A DNA stretch of 32,000 bases from Zygophlyctis sp. KS116 (taxonomy: Eukaryota; Fungi; Chytridiomycota). A program made the position numbers and the translations under genes. The notes under the pieces were generated by a model, which did no database searches, was not told the origin of the DNA, and saw only the letters and a list, made by a program, of their open reading frames with translations. The number at the start of each line of letters is the position of its first letter. The stretch's first letter is position 1. Shown one piece after another: positions 19,360-31,300 of this stretch. The stretch covers positions 1 to 32,000 of the forward strand of contig BAAFSQ010000029.1 in NCBI GenBank assembly GCA_054661495.1. The letters run 5' to 3'.

Positions 19360-22013
19360 ATGGGCATAACTCCACAGGTATTTCTTAGAGTTAGATCAGA
19401 GGTTGAGAAGAATTCAGAGTATTATTTAGAGGCCGATAATAGAACGTTTTCGGTCAAGCTGCCATTATCTGATAACATAAAGTAATTTAAACTGTATTTA
19501 CCTATAGGAGAAAGGCATTTTACTTTGATCAGACTTTTGATTGTAATGCATCATTCGAAGCTATTCAACAGGAAGCACTAGATCCACTTTTAATACAATG
19601 GCTGGATGGTTATAATGTTAGTATTTTGACTTGTGGACTATCGGACAGTGGCAAAACTCATCTTTTAAATGGTCCAAAGAATACAAAGAGATGCGGTGGG
19701 ATTTTAGAGACTCTGTCAATTAATCTATTTAATTTACTTGATAAAAAAGTATCAGATTATGGTTATACGTATGGAAGTTATCGTGTTGGGATTCAGAGTT
19801 TTGAGATTTATGCCGAAATGGGGAGGGATTTACTAGATCCTGATAGAGGATCTTTAGATTATTCTCAAAATGAATTTTATGGTCCTTCTTTAAGTAATTT
19901 ATCTATATCTTGGGTGAATGATTCGAATGATTTAAATCAAAAAATGTTGTTGGTAAAAGAATTTATTTAATATTTAGGCTAGAAATAATAGAGTTGGAGA
20001 GAATACAGATACATCAGAAACTTCAGTAGTGTTTACGATATTGATTCTAGTCAGACAAGAATACTCTGGTAAAAGAATGATCAAGGGCGGAGAAGTTGTT
20101 TCAAAGTTTGTGGCTGTAGATCAATGTGGGGCAGAAATGTATTTAAAAGACTCCAAAAAAATTATGCTTAAAGAGGGAGTATATGTTGGGAAAACTATAT
20201 TGGGATTTTGGGATGCTTTACAGAATTCATCAGCGATTAAAGTGAGATTTTGGATTATAATAAATAATAGAAAGCAAGTATTAAAGATGATTCAGTTTCT
20301 GTTATCATGAAATTGTTGGAGGAGGAATTTGGAGGGAATGCGATTGTTGCATACTTTTTTTGTATGAATCCAGGAGATGATCTCGCTGATAACTTTGCCT
20401 TGTTAAACATTGTGGAAATTGTACGAGAAGTTGTCAATTTTCCAATGAGGAATGATGAGAACTTTCAAAACTTTCAAAGGCGAATGAAAAAAGTATATTT
20501 TATATCCAATGAAATTAGATTTTCAAGATAGAATACGAAAAAAACCTCGATTTTCTCAGACAGCAAGTGGTTAGTATAGATCCTAAACGAAACTTAAAAC
20601 TATGTAATATATTGCTAGTATTAAGAAAATAGTACATAAAGGAGATGAAAAGGACCAATATGACTATGAAAAGATTTCATGTAGATTTCAAGATTTAAAT
20701 TTAAAGTAAGATACTCTCTTGATTTTATGGATAGATTCAATAATATTTTAAATATCAAATTAAATATAGAGGCAACTTTGGTTAGTCTGAATAAAGAGAA
20801 TTTACTGCTTCAAAATAATCTATTAGACACAAAAATGATACAGAACAAGGCATTAGAGGAATCTGAAACAAGAACTTTGGATGTAATTATCATTTATTGA
20901 TAACATGTAGATGTCAAACAAGGTTATAGCTCTTGAAAGTGAAATAGTTCGTGTAGAAATGAAATCAAATACGCTTTCAAAGGAAAATTCAAATTTAAAA
21001 AACTCAATAGAAGGTCTGAACCGGCAAATTGAAAATCTTAAGGCTGAATTAGCTTCTGTTAGTAAGAATTATGAAAACATCAGACAGAGTTATAGAAAAC
21101 TTGTGAGTAGTAATGAAGAAATGGGTCTGGAACTTGTTGGATTGCTGAGTGCAAAGGCCAATTTTGTGATTGAAAAGGAAAAAATGATGTCAGACTCTGA
21201 AAAACTAACAAAACAGTACTGATATATTTATTAACAAGTCTAGCAATCAATTTTTAGAATCAAAACTTAAATCTTACGATTCAATTATTATGGAAAAAGG
21301 ATCCCAACTTTCAAAAATAAAACAAGAGAAGCAAGATTTAGAAAGGACAGTCATGAATGACAATCTTGTTACAATACAAAAAGAAAAGGAGAAGAATGCT
21401 CAAGATCTGAGCACCAGAATAGAACAAATAGATAAATCACAAAGTCAAAAGATTCAAAATCAACATGATGATAAAATATACAAATTAGAAAAAGAAAAAA
21501 AAGAAATCGAGCAAGAACTCAGGAATATGTCTTTAAATGAAACAAAACTTAAGAAAGAAATAGCTAATTTAGAATCGAAGACTGAAAAGAACAAAATCAA
21601 AGAAGTACGATTGATGAAAGATATCTCCGAACTTGAAGAGAAGGTAAGATATAAGATTCATAACTTGAAGATGAAAGATCTAAATCAAAAATACAGATTT
21701 AACTTAGAATCTTGCATTCAAAAGATTTTGAAATTGTCAGAAAAAAGTCAATTTGATCAGCTAAGTTTAAAGATGTTGAAATCACACATCGATCAAATTA
21801 TATCCCACATGAACAGTTCTTTGAATGATACAAAGATGCTTAATGTATTTAATTTTTGCTTATATTTAGGACTCAAAATCATATTTACATATGGAATCAC
21901 AACTGCATGATTACATTCAATCCACGCAGTTAGAATTTGAAAAGGAGAGATCAGCTCTTCTGAAACGATGTTTGGTTGCTGAGAAAAAATTAGAGGCGAT
22001 ATCAAATAATTGA
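19360..22013 (+). CDS. Degenerate kinesin motor domain fused to a CCDC78-type coiled coil
   Basis: Kinesin landmarks VFLRVR, FYFDQTF, DGYNVSILTCGLSDSGKT, SFEIYAEMGRDLL and KLLEEEFGGN. C-terminal QLHDYIQSTQLEFEKERSALLKRCLVAEKKL matches the CCDC78 signature as I recall it. Introns include 19482-19507, 19953-19977, 20242-20270, 20493-20518, 21644-21670 and 21845-21869; the 20600-21245 junctions are not all resolved. Confidence 0.8.
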
Positions 22014-22239
22014 CCGATGAAATATCGACAAGTACATAAGTATGATTAGCTTGGAGGGCGAAAATGATTCGCCTCAATATTGCGTGCTTCATTATGTGTT
22101 TCATCGCAGTAGTATGGCTAGCTATCGGCTCCAGCAACTAATGATTTTATAAATATGCATTGACCTCTACATTTTTTGATTTTGAGTCGTTCGTTCACGC
22201 ACTTTAGCCAGAGTTCGGACAATTCGTAGTACTTGTTGA

Positions 22240-24797
22240 ATGGACAGAGCAAAGACTTTGGCTATAGTAAGTCTTACTCTTTTCCTAATCAAAGCTCTCG
22301 TCTTCTAAAACGATTGGTTTTTTTGGAGGACTATGTTTGCTGTTTAATGCAATCACTGGACCGGGTATTCCATTCACTCCTCAACTCTTCTCGTCAGAAG
22401 GAAGCGGGATAGTTGCAACATTCGCAGTTTTTGTATCAGTAGCTCTCATATCAGGCATATCTGGTCTGCTAATAGTGGAGGCGATGCAGGCCATTCCAGG
22501 CAACAAACATTTTCAGGGGACAGTTGAGTTTGGAACGCTCATCAATTTCTATTTTGGAAAGACTACACACATATTTGGGCAAATATTGCTCTATGGAGCT
22601 CTACAATCCAATGCGATACAATGTATAGTAGTTTCCGCTCAGGTACGTGTGTTCAATTGCTGAGTATAGATAACGGACAATATACTTGTCAGTTTATTTG
22701 GAAAAACATGCGGACTTTCAGTATATGAAGGATGGACTTGTGTCAGTCAAAATTCCGTTATTAATCCATCTCCATTTCAATGTTCGACAATGTTTTTCAC
22801 GTACGGATTGGTAGTAGTTCTTGCTTTGGTTATTCCAATGGGATTCATTAATCTAGATGACAATATCTCTGTGCAAACAGTCTCATTCGTATTAGCTATT
22901 GGAATTGGAAGTCAATGGGTCATCTCTAGCATTTTAATGGGGAGAAGTTCACCTGAACTACCTATAGTTACTCAAAAAACAAGCAATCTAGCAGTTACCA
23001 TAGGTACTATCATTCTCAATCTAGGATTTTCAACAGTTGTTCCCTCATGGGTTAATATTAAGAGAAATGATATAAGTGTTCAAAAGGTTGTATGGTCTGC
23101 AGTAGTTTCAGGAGTACTGTTCTATACCATAATTGGCATATCATGTATTATTGTTGGTTTCTTAATATTATAGTAAGTTTATCTACTATACCATCTATAT
23201 CTGGATCTGTATTTCCGTATTTACAATCTCATGGAATTCCAATGGTTCTCACTCGAGTTACCATATCTCTATACAGCTTTGTAATGTTGGTAACCAGTAT
23301 TCCCATTTTATGCATTGTTTCCTACAAAAATTTAATCCAAAATAATATAGCTGGGAAATATGTATCAGTCTTAGTCTCATTCATATTCCCCTGGATATTA
23401 TCGATTCCTTTCCAGACTGGTGTTTGGCTGCAAGTATTTATCACTTGGTATTTAGCACAAAAAAATTAAAATTATAGGACTTCAGCTTTTTTTATTGCCC
23501 CTGCGAATTTCATTGTAAGAAAACGATTTTTCTAACTTATACAGATCCCAATTGGAATATATATATCCTGTGTTAGTTTTCGTAGAAGGTATAATCAACG
23601 TAGATGTAATTTTTATTCTCCTTTAATCTTTTAGATCTTTCGAGTCATCAACTAGAGCTCTTAAGGGCTATTCATTGGTCAAGTGCTGCTATTGGAAAAT
23701 TTATTGATGAATCAGGGAATCTCTCTAGATTTCCCTCCCGCCGTTTCGACATAGCAGCCATAAAAATTAATTCCGAATCAAACACCATTGACCGTATCTC
23801 CGACCAAAAGCAACCCGAGAATTTGCTAGTGAATGAATCTGAATCCAATCGCATTTCGAATTCGATAAATCTTTCGCCCGGAGATGAAAATCTTCGAAAA
23901 AGAAATTCTGCAGGCTCTAGTGAGATTGATAAATCGGGCTATAGTATATCGCATTCTAATACAGCTTCAAAAGATTTCGATGAGGAACTTAGTGGACAAA
24001 AAAATATTATACTTCAAATTCCCGACAGATTTCATACAAAAAGCCCAGTGTCCTCTTCTAATCAAGCTCAAATAGATGTTAGCAAACTATCAGCTGAAAG
24101 AGACAGCGACAAAAGGATACGCCCAAAAAGCGAAGATGGTTCAGCAAACCGTCAGTTTTCTGATTTCCTGACTGTTGACTCATGCAGAGGAAGGCGTTCA
24201 TCTGTTGATTTCTTAAGCGGAAAAAAGTCGATCGAATATGGCATTCCTGATTGGCTCTATGAAGATGTTCCAGATCCAGATGCCGAAGATTGGGGAAAAT
24301 TGAATGGAATTCTTGGAATTCTTGACCCAGAAAAAGAAAAGTCCTCAAAGCGACCTGAACCGCCCAGCATTCAACTTGATGAGCTCTCTGATAATAAACC
24401 TGTGAATTCCACCATTAAAAAAATATTTGCTGATGAAGTATGGGAAAGTAGCACTGACTTGTCTCTAGAAACATTTTCATCTATTCAGCAGCCGACAATA
24501 TTTCCACAAATTTCGACTGATTCACAAGCAGAACTACTTGGGAACTCGTTTGGCCAGGGTCTCGGTTTCATTGATGTAGAAGTTGAAAGCATAAACTCCA
24601 GGCGTTCCTCATTACCAGTACACCCCCAATATTTCGGACCAGTATTTCGTAGTATACCAACTTGGATTCCTATCCGTACCATTTATATTGCATCATTCCT
24701 TCTAATACTTACATTGGTGCTAAACTTAACTATCATTGGGACTTCAATCAGTCAGTGGGATAAAGTCCCGGAATGCTCAACAGAAATTATAGTATGA
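22240..24797 (+). CDS. Amino acid transporter (AAAP/Aa_trans family) with a very large loop before the last TM helix
   Basis: KTIGFFGGLCLLFNAITGPG, EAMQAIPGNKHFQGTVEFGTL and VVPSWVNIK, with many TM segments. Introns 22267-22294, 22643-22669, 23145-23173, 23448-23477, 23515-23544 and 23606-23634 keep one frame to TGA at 24795-24797. Confidence 0.85.
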
Positions 24798-24809
24798 ATT
24801 AGGATTTAA

Positions 24810-26531
24810 TTACTGTTCTGAATCAATATCATAATGCCAAGTTTTCACCAGTTTGTCATCAGAGCAGCTCACAAACAAATTTTGATTTCTATTCCAAGAA
24901 GCATTATAGACCACTCCGTCATGTCCATGTAAACGCTGTATCAGATCACCTTTATCCGAGTCCCATACATAAATAAGGCCGTCTTCGGATCCACCAACCA
25001 CCATAGAATCCCCTGAAAAGCTGGCTGAAATAAAATTTTTGCTAGTATTTTGATGCCCTTTGAATTTCCTAATCGGACGTAACATTCGAACATCCCACAA
25101 TCTATTTGAATTATCTTTTGAGCTACTCAAAAGAAGGGTCCCATTTGGATTCATTTCAACTGAAGTTACTTCGCTCAAATGTGATGACAACGTCTTGATG
25201 CATAGACCCGAAATAATATCCCAAAACTTGATCGTACTATCTTTTGATCCAGTAATTATGAGATTTCCTAAAGGATTGAATATAACACTCGAAACCGAGA
25301 GTTGATGCCCACTGAATGTCTTTACCGTTTTAGATCGTTCTATATCAAACAATCTCGCGATCCGGTCATAACCTCCGCTGACAACATGTCTCTAATATCT
25401 TTTAAATAATGAAACGTACTCCCAATGGATGAAACTGAACTGAATATACATCTGTAGAGTGTCCCCTTAGGGTAGTCGAACACTCCATGTTATTTAGATC
25501 CCAAAGCTACATTTTAAAATTAAAGAGAATACCTTTACTGTTCCATCACCCGACGCACTAGCCGTAAAAAGCCCATTTTTATCAGACGAAACTCCCCAAA
25601 TACGACCTGTGTGACCCTTTAGAGTTCCCAGACACTCGGCAGTATTTACATTCCAAAGTCGACAAGTATTATCACTTAAAAATTTAATTATGATGCCTAC
25701 CTAGATCCAGATACAATCTTTTCACCTTTTTCACCAACAAACGCAACACATTTAACATTACCAGAGTGACCAGAAAACGTCTTTAATTCCTTATTTGGGA
25801 TAACTGTGCAAGTAAAATCCTGAAGAACAGTTTTTACTTTTGGAGTAGTTTTTGGCCTATATCTAGCAAACTCCATTTGATAAGCAAAAGCCTGCCTAAT
25901 CAGATTTACTAATCTTCCTAATTATTAGACTGTATGATGTACCTGGTGGTATAAAAGGCGCATCTTCATGATCAAAACTATCTAATTCCATCATAGTTTC
26001 CAACTGTTCCACCAATCTCTCTCTTGCAGCTGATATTCCTTCCCAAGTCTTGAAAGCAGGAACTTCCTGAATTGATTTAAAAGTCAATAGATAACATAAA
26101 TCTACAAATTCATTCGGCATAGTTTCAAAGTGTTCCAATGGCTTTAATCTCTTGATCAAATGTGTAAAAGCTTTTTGAGTTTCATGATGATCAATATATT
26201 CCAAATACTGAGTTTTATATATTTGATACAAGAATGATTTATGATTTTTAACGAGCGGTTTAACAGACAATTGCTCAACAGCATTCCAATCCCCATCTTT
26301 TTCATTATTATTACTATGCATACCTAAAATAGCCTTTCTGAGCCTTAAAAACTCTAGATTTTTCTCGTCCCTTTCTCTGGCTCTTAAATTGGCTTCATCA
26401 ACAAGAACCATCTTTGCGTTAACATATCCTTCTTCCGCAAGAAACTGCACAACCAGTCTTAATAGTTCTTTTTTGATTCTAGAGTCGGCCGGACTCAGTA
26501 GATCAGAGACTTGTATCACCTTATCCAACAT
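24810..26531 (-). CDS. LisH-CTLH-WD40 repeat protein (SMU1/WDR26/TOPLESS-like architecture)
   Basis: LisH ELLRLVVQFLAEEGY, CTLH LRKAILDGDW...YLEYID, PPGRLVNLIRQA, then about 7 GH...WD repeats. Introns 26297-26323, 25918-25942, 25675-25700, 25507-25532 and 25392-25419. Confidence 0.85.
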
Positions 26532-26658
26532 ACTTAAGTACGTACACGAGGGTCACGATTGACATTATGAGCTATTTAATGTGGAACCAATCATGATTGC
26601 ATTAGAAATAAATGCATCTCATGGAAGAGCCACGGAAGAGCCATGCTTTTTTAATGCA

Positions 26659-26698
26659 TCAATACCAACAATACCAGCAATATCAACAAAACCAGCAG
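26659..26698. repeat. Imperfect 9-bp tandem repeat (CAATACCAR-like, about 4 copies) in the divergent intergenic region
   Basis: CAATACCAA CAATACCAG CAATATCAA CAAAACCAG. An 11-bp direct repeat GGAAGAGCCA(C/T) x2 lies just upstream at about 26623-26644. Confidence 0.7.
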
Positions 26699-26729
26699 AT
26701 CGGCAACTTAACTTTAAATTTCTCGCGAG

Positions 26730-28275
26730 ATGATGGGCTATTATGGGATTGTATCGGTACTCAGCACTGCTATGATAATATTATACTACGCACATACCAG
26801 GGATTATCATTTCTTTATCACATCTGTTGCATTCAGTCAGTCTTCGATTGGTTTATTATCTCTTTTAAATTCTTTTGTCGCTCTAAGCATCAGTTTTGGA
26901 TCGTTTCTCACTCGTTTTGTCTTTGGGGAACTTCGGCTGGTGGAGTCTGAGAATATATATGAGCGGTTTTGGTTTACAGTCATGGATACTGGTCTCGCAA
27001 TGACTATTTTTAGGAATGATTTAGATTCCAAGTTTCTATTGATTTTTGGATTAGTGCTATTTCTCAAAGTTTTTCATTGGATTTTATCAGATAGAATTGA
27101 TTCTATGGAACAGTTGTTGGTTCTAAATTGGGAATTTTATGCTAAAATGGGCTCAACGTGGCTAGTTTTACTCTGCGTGGATTTAATATTTTTAACTTGG
27201 TCTTATTTTTCATATATTTCAAAAGGACCTGATATGATGATGGTATTTAGTTTAGAAGTTGCAATGATGGTTACATTATTGATGGTAGTAGGTTGGAAAT
27301 TTACTTTGCATGCATTGGAATCAAGGAGTCAAGAAGCTTGGGATGATAAAGGGCAATGGATTTTTTATGGGGAATTAGTTGCAGGTATATTTTGAAATTT
27401 ATAGTTTAGATCTTTTCAAATTGATTATATATGCTGTCTTTTTCACAATAATCATTCTAAAGTTTGGTCTTCCTATTCACATGATTAGAGAATTATATCA
27501 TACTTTAAGTAATTTCATACTTAAAGTTAAGGATTTGGTTCAGTATACAAGAGCAGTACAGAATTTGAAAAATAAGTATCCAAATGCTACTCTTGAAGAA
27601 TTGGAACAGACAGATAAAGTATGTATAATATGTAGAGAAGAAATGATGATTCCACAAGGGCAGGAAATAGATGTCACGCTTAGAAATACTCCAAAAAAGT
27701 TGGGGTGTGGACATATTTTTCATTTCAAGTGTTTAAAAAGTTGGTTAGAAAGACAGCAATCTTGTCCTACATGTAGATCTAGTGTATTGACAGGTATTAT
27801 TTTAAAGTTTACTTTAGTGAATCCGACCCCAAATGTTCCTCTTGCGCATCCCCCGGAAAATCCAAATGCTCAAGGTCAGGCGGGACCAGAGGTTGTACAA
27901 GATCAGGCATTAAATGGAATCCCAAAGTTTTCTAGTATGAATGATTTAATCAAGAATCTGCAAAATATTGCAGAGAAACAAGGGATATCGATGGATAAGT
28001 TTAGAATTAGGCGTGCTGATCAAGGACCATCTGGGACCAAAGTTTCCCAAAATGAAACGACATACCAAAATTCTTCAATTTTTGAATCATCAAGCTCTCA
28101 TAATTCATATGATGGTAAGGCAGTTAGTCTGAAACCTTCAATTCAGCAAAAGCTTGATCATTTGAAATATTTACATCAACAGATGGGAAACTTGATTGCA
28201 GATCTTGAGAATGATATTTATACAGTTGATGATCCGTTAGAATCAAAAGTAGACAAGGGAAAGAAAAAAATGTGA
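26730..28275 (+). CDS. HRD1: ERAD E3 ubiquitin ligase Hrd1/synoviolin
   Basis: VFGELRLVESENIYERFWFTVMDTGLAMTIFR, LKVFHW, WDDKG and FGLPIHMIR. RING-H2 CIICREEM...KKLGCGHIFHFKCLKSWLERQQSCPTCR. Introns 27385-27409 and probably 27794-27817. Confidence 0.95.
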
Positions 28276-28303
28276 AATAGTGATTTTGTTGCACTGATTT
28301 TCC

Positions 28304-28326
28304 TTTCGCGTTTACAAGTTCGCGTT
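28304..28326. promoter_or_regulatory. Tandem SCB/MCB/E2F-like elements (TTTCGCGTT and TTCGCGTT)
   Basis: Two TTCGCGTT copies 40-60 nt upstream of ATG 28367 in a 91-nt intergenic gap. Function inferred only. Confidence 0.35.
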
Positions 28327-28366
28327 AATCTTCCGTTGAGTTTGATCAAAGATATCATATATAATC

Positions 28367-31300
28367 ATGGAAACCAATGAATCAGGAAAAAAGGCGTGGG
28401 CATCCAGGACGAAAAATCCCGCCGCAAACTCCGGATTGACTGGCTCACTGGATGTATCGGTTTCCAAATTCCTTCGTGGTCATGTGCTTTTTAAAGATAT
28501 AAACGACGAGAGATTTATGGAGAAACTGGCATCAAGTTTGCAAATCAGAATATATGCTGAGAAGGATGTTATTATTAAAAAGGGAGAAGTTGGACGAGCA
28601 ATGTTTTTCATCTTGAAAGGCCAAGTTGCGATTGTGTCCGAAGATGGTATCTATATTTTTTGCTTATAAAAGGTGAAACTACTACCAAAATTATGGAGGA
28701 ATCTGATTTTTTCGGTGAGATCGGTGTTCTCTTTTCAGTACCTCGTACTGTAACCTGTAGAGCTCACGGAAAGTGTCTATTACTCATTTTGACTAAAGAC
28801 GATCTAACAAAGGCATCAGAAGAATATCCACATGTTGCAGATTCCATCGGATTAATCGCACAGGAACGATTTAGCTCATATGTCAAACAACAAAATTTAG
28901 CAGTCAAGATTGATTTTGCTGAAGAGATCAACTTATCATTGACACAAACAAGTTTAAAGGAAGTTCCATTATTTAAAGACTGCGAAGTTGGGTTTTTGCA
29001 TATGCTTGCAATTCACTTAACGCCCCATCATTTTTTTCAAGGGGATATTATAATTAAAAAAGGCGAACCTGCTTCTGAAATGTATTTTGTAGTCAAAGGT
29101 CATGCAGAAGCTTTCAACGAGGAAGATGGAAGTGTCTATGCTACATTTGGACCTGGGAGTTTTTTTGGGGAAGTGGGACTTTTCTTTGACATCAAACGTA
29201 CAGCTTCAGTTAGATGTACAAGTGATTTAAATATTTTGAAACTTTCAAGAGATAAACTGGAAAAAAGTTTAGAAAGCTTTCCTGAAGTTAGTAACAAAAT
29301 AAGAGCGGAAGCTAAGCAAAGGTTTTTATACAATCAAGAAAGGGAAAAAGTTAAAATGTCAAAAAAGAGACAGGCCCAGACCGATCATGATATTGTTAGA
29401 GAGAAACTAAAATCAGTAAGAAATAAATATCTAATTATAGATCCCATATTTCAAAAATGGATCAATTGCTTTTGTTCATCAACTTGCTTTGATGGTGAAA
29501 TTCAAATCTTTTGATACAAATTCAATTATTATCAAAAAAGATGATCCTGGTGATAGCATGTTTGTCATTATTGATGGCATTGCTGAAGTCACATCACCAG
29601 ATGGCAGCCTTGTATATGCTAATTTATCGGTTAATTCATTTTTTGGAGAAGTTTGCGTATTTTATGAAGTCAATCGAACGGCAACAGTAAGAGCAAAAGT
29701 TCAAACAACCGTGTTGGAACTTTCAAAAAGCTCTTTAAGAAGCGCATTGGAGGAGTATCCTGAACTGAAGGAAACAATTATGAATTCGGCAAAAGAAAAT
29801 TTTGAGAATTTTATTAAGCGACAGGAAGGCGCTGCATATGGTAATCAGATTCAAAATACTGAAGAACTCGAGACTGCAACACTGATAGAAAGATTAAAAA
29901 GGGTACTTTTGGCAGTTTTAAATGGTATAGATTCCAATATTTGAAAGATGCCCGAATGATTTTCTTGGGGCTCTTAGCATGCAGAGTGTCATCAAAAATT
30001 TCAAAAAAGGTGAACTGATTATTAAGAAGGGAGATGCCGCCACCGAGATGTTTTTTATTTTGGATGGCAAAGTTCAAATTATAAATGACGATGGCAAAGT
30101 TCTTGATATGATTTCCAAAGGAGGATTCTTTGGTGAAATTGGGCTATTGAAGCAAGTTGCCAGGACCGCGAGCGTCAGAGTTGGTAGCAGCGTGTGCGAT
30201 GTTCTTGTCTTGTCTAAAGATGCTATCCAGGTATTGTTAAGCCAATATCCGGATAGTTTTCAGGTCATAGCATTGGAATCTGAAAAACGATCGTTAAAAG
30301 TGGAGGAGAGAAATGTTTCTGAATCGTTAATGTCATCTAGTGAATTAGGAAAATTCGTTGCTAAGCCTTCGTCCCACACAGCTAATGAATTTACCGACGG
30401 GATTAAAGTAAATCGAAGGGAAAGAATGAGTCTTTCTCGCATGTTCAAAAGTAAAGATTCTTCATCTGGATCGCGCCAGCTTCCAACTATCGAGAGTAGT
30501 GCAATACCCAAGGAAGTCTCTTCTACAAGTCTTGATTCTATCAGAGACCCAGAGCCTAAAAAAGGAATGGTATTGCATACAGGAAAAAAGTCTATTTCAA
30601 CACCGACTGCCACCGTCGAAGCGGCAACTATCCCAGAGACTATTCAGCCGCATTCTGGTATAGTCCATTCTGATTCCAAAGCAGATAAGCCAAAAAATAC
30701 TATCGGAAAGCTATTTTCATCTCTTAGAACCTCTCTGTCAAAAACTTTATCAAAAAGTTCCAATAGAATCATGTCGATCAAAAATCTAAGAAAATCCGAC
30801 GAGGATATCACAACATCCTCTGTTGAGCATATATTAGATCTCCTTGATTCTGACATGCCGATAATATTTTCTCTTGTAGACCCTCTGGACCTTATAAAAT
30901 TGCAAAGAGTTTGCCGTAGATGGGCGAATTTAATAAAACAAGGATCCCTGTGGCGTTCGTTAGATTTGCATACACACTTCAGAATTGTGAATAAAGATAC
31001 TTTATCAATTTTCACTCAATTGGCAAACTCAAATCTACAAAAATTAGATGTCAGTGGCTGCTGGGAAGTTTCAGATGATGATCTTAAATCTGTTGCGACT
31101 ACTTGTCCAAACCTAATGTTTCTTTCAGTTTCTAACTGCTGGAAGATTTCAGATGCTGGAATTGGATATATTGCAAAAGATTCCTCTAACCTTAAAGAGT
31201 TGGACCTTAGTTACTGCGGTCAATTAAGTTGTTCAACTCTTGTTAACCATTGCTGGACTAATTTAGAAAAATTCAATTTTTCATTTTGCAAACAGTTGGG

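Noticed and set aside
22045-22142. tRNA gene
   Set aside because: Branching is cloverleaf-like but there is no TTC T-loop or B box and no 7-nt anticodon loop.
26612-26950. Gln-rich 112-aa ORF as an independent protein gene
   Set aside because: It mostly overlaps HRD1 out of frame and the QYQ run simply reflects a 9-bp DNA repeat. Kept only as a possible uORF.
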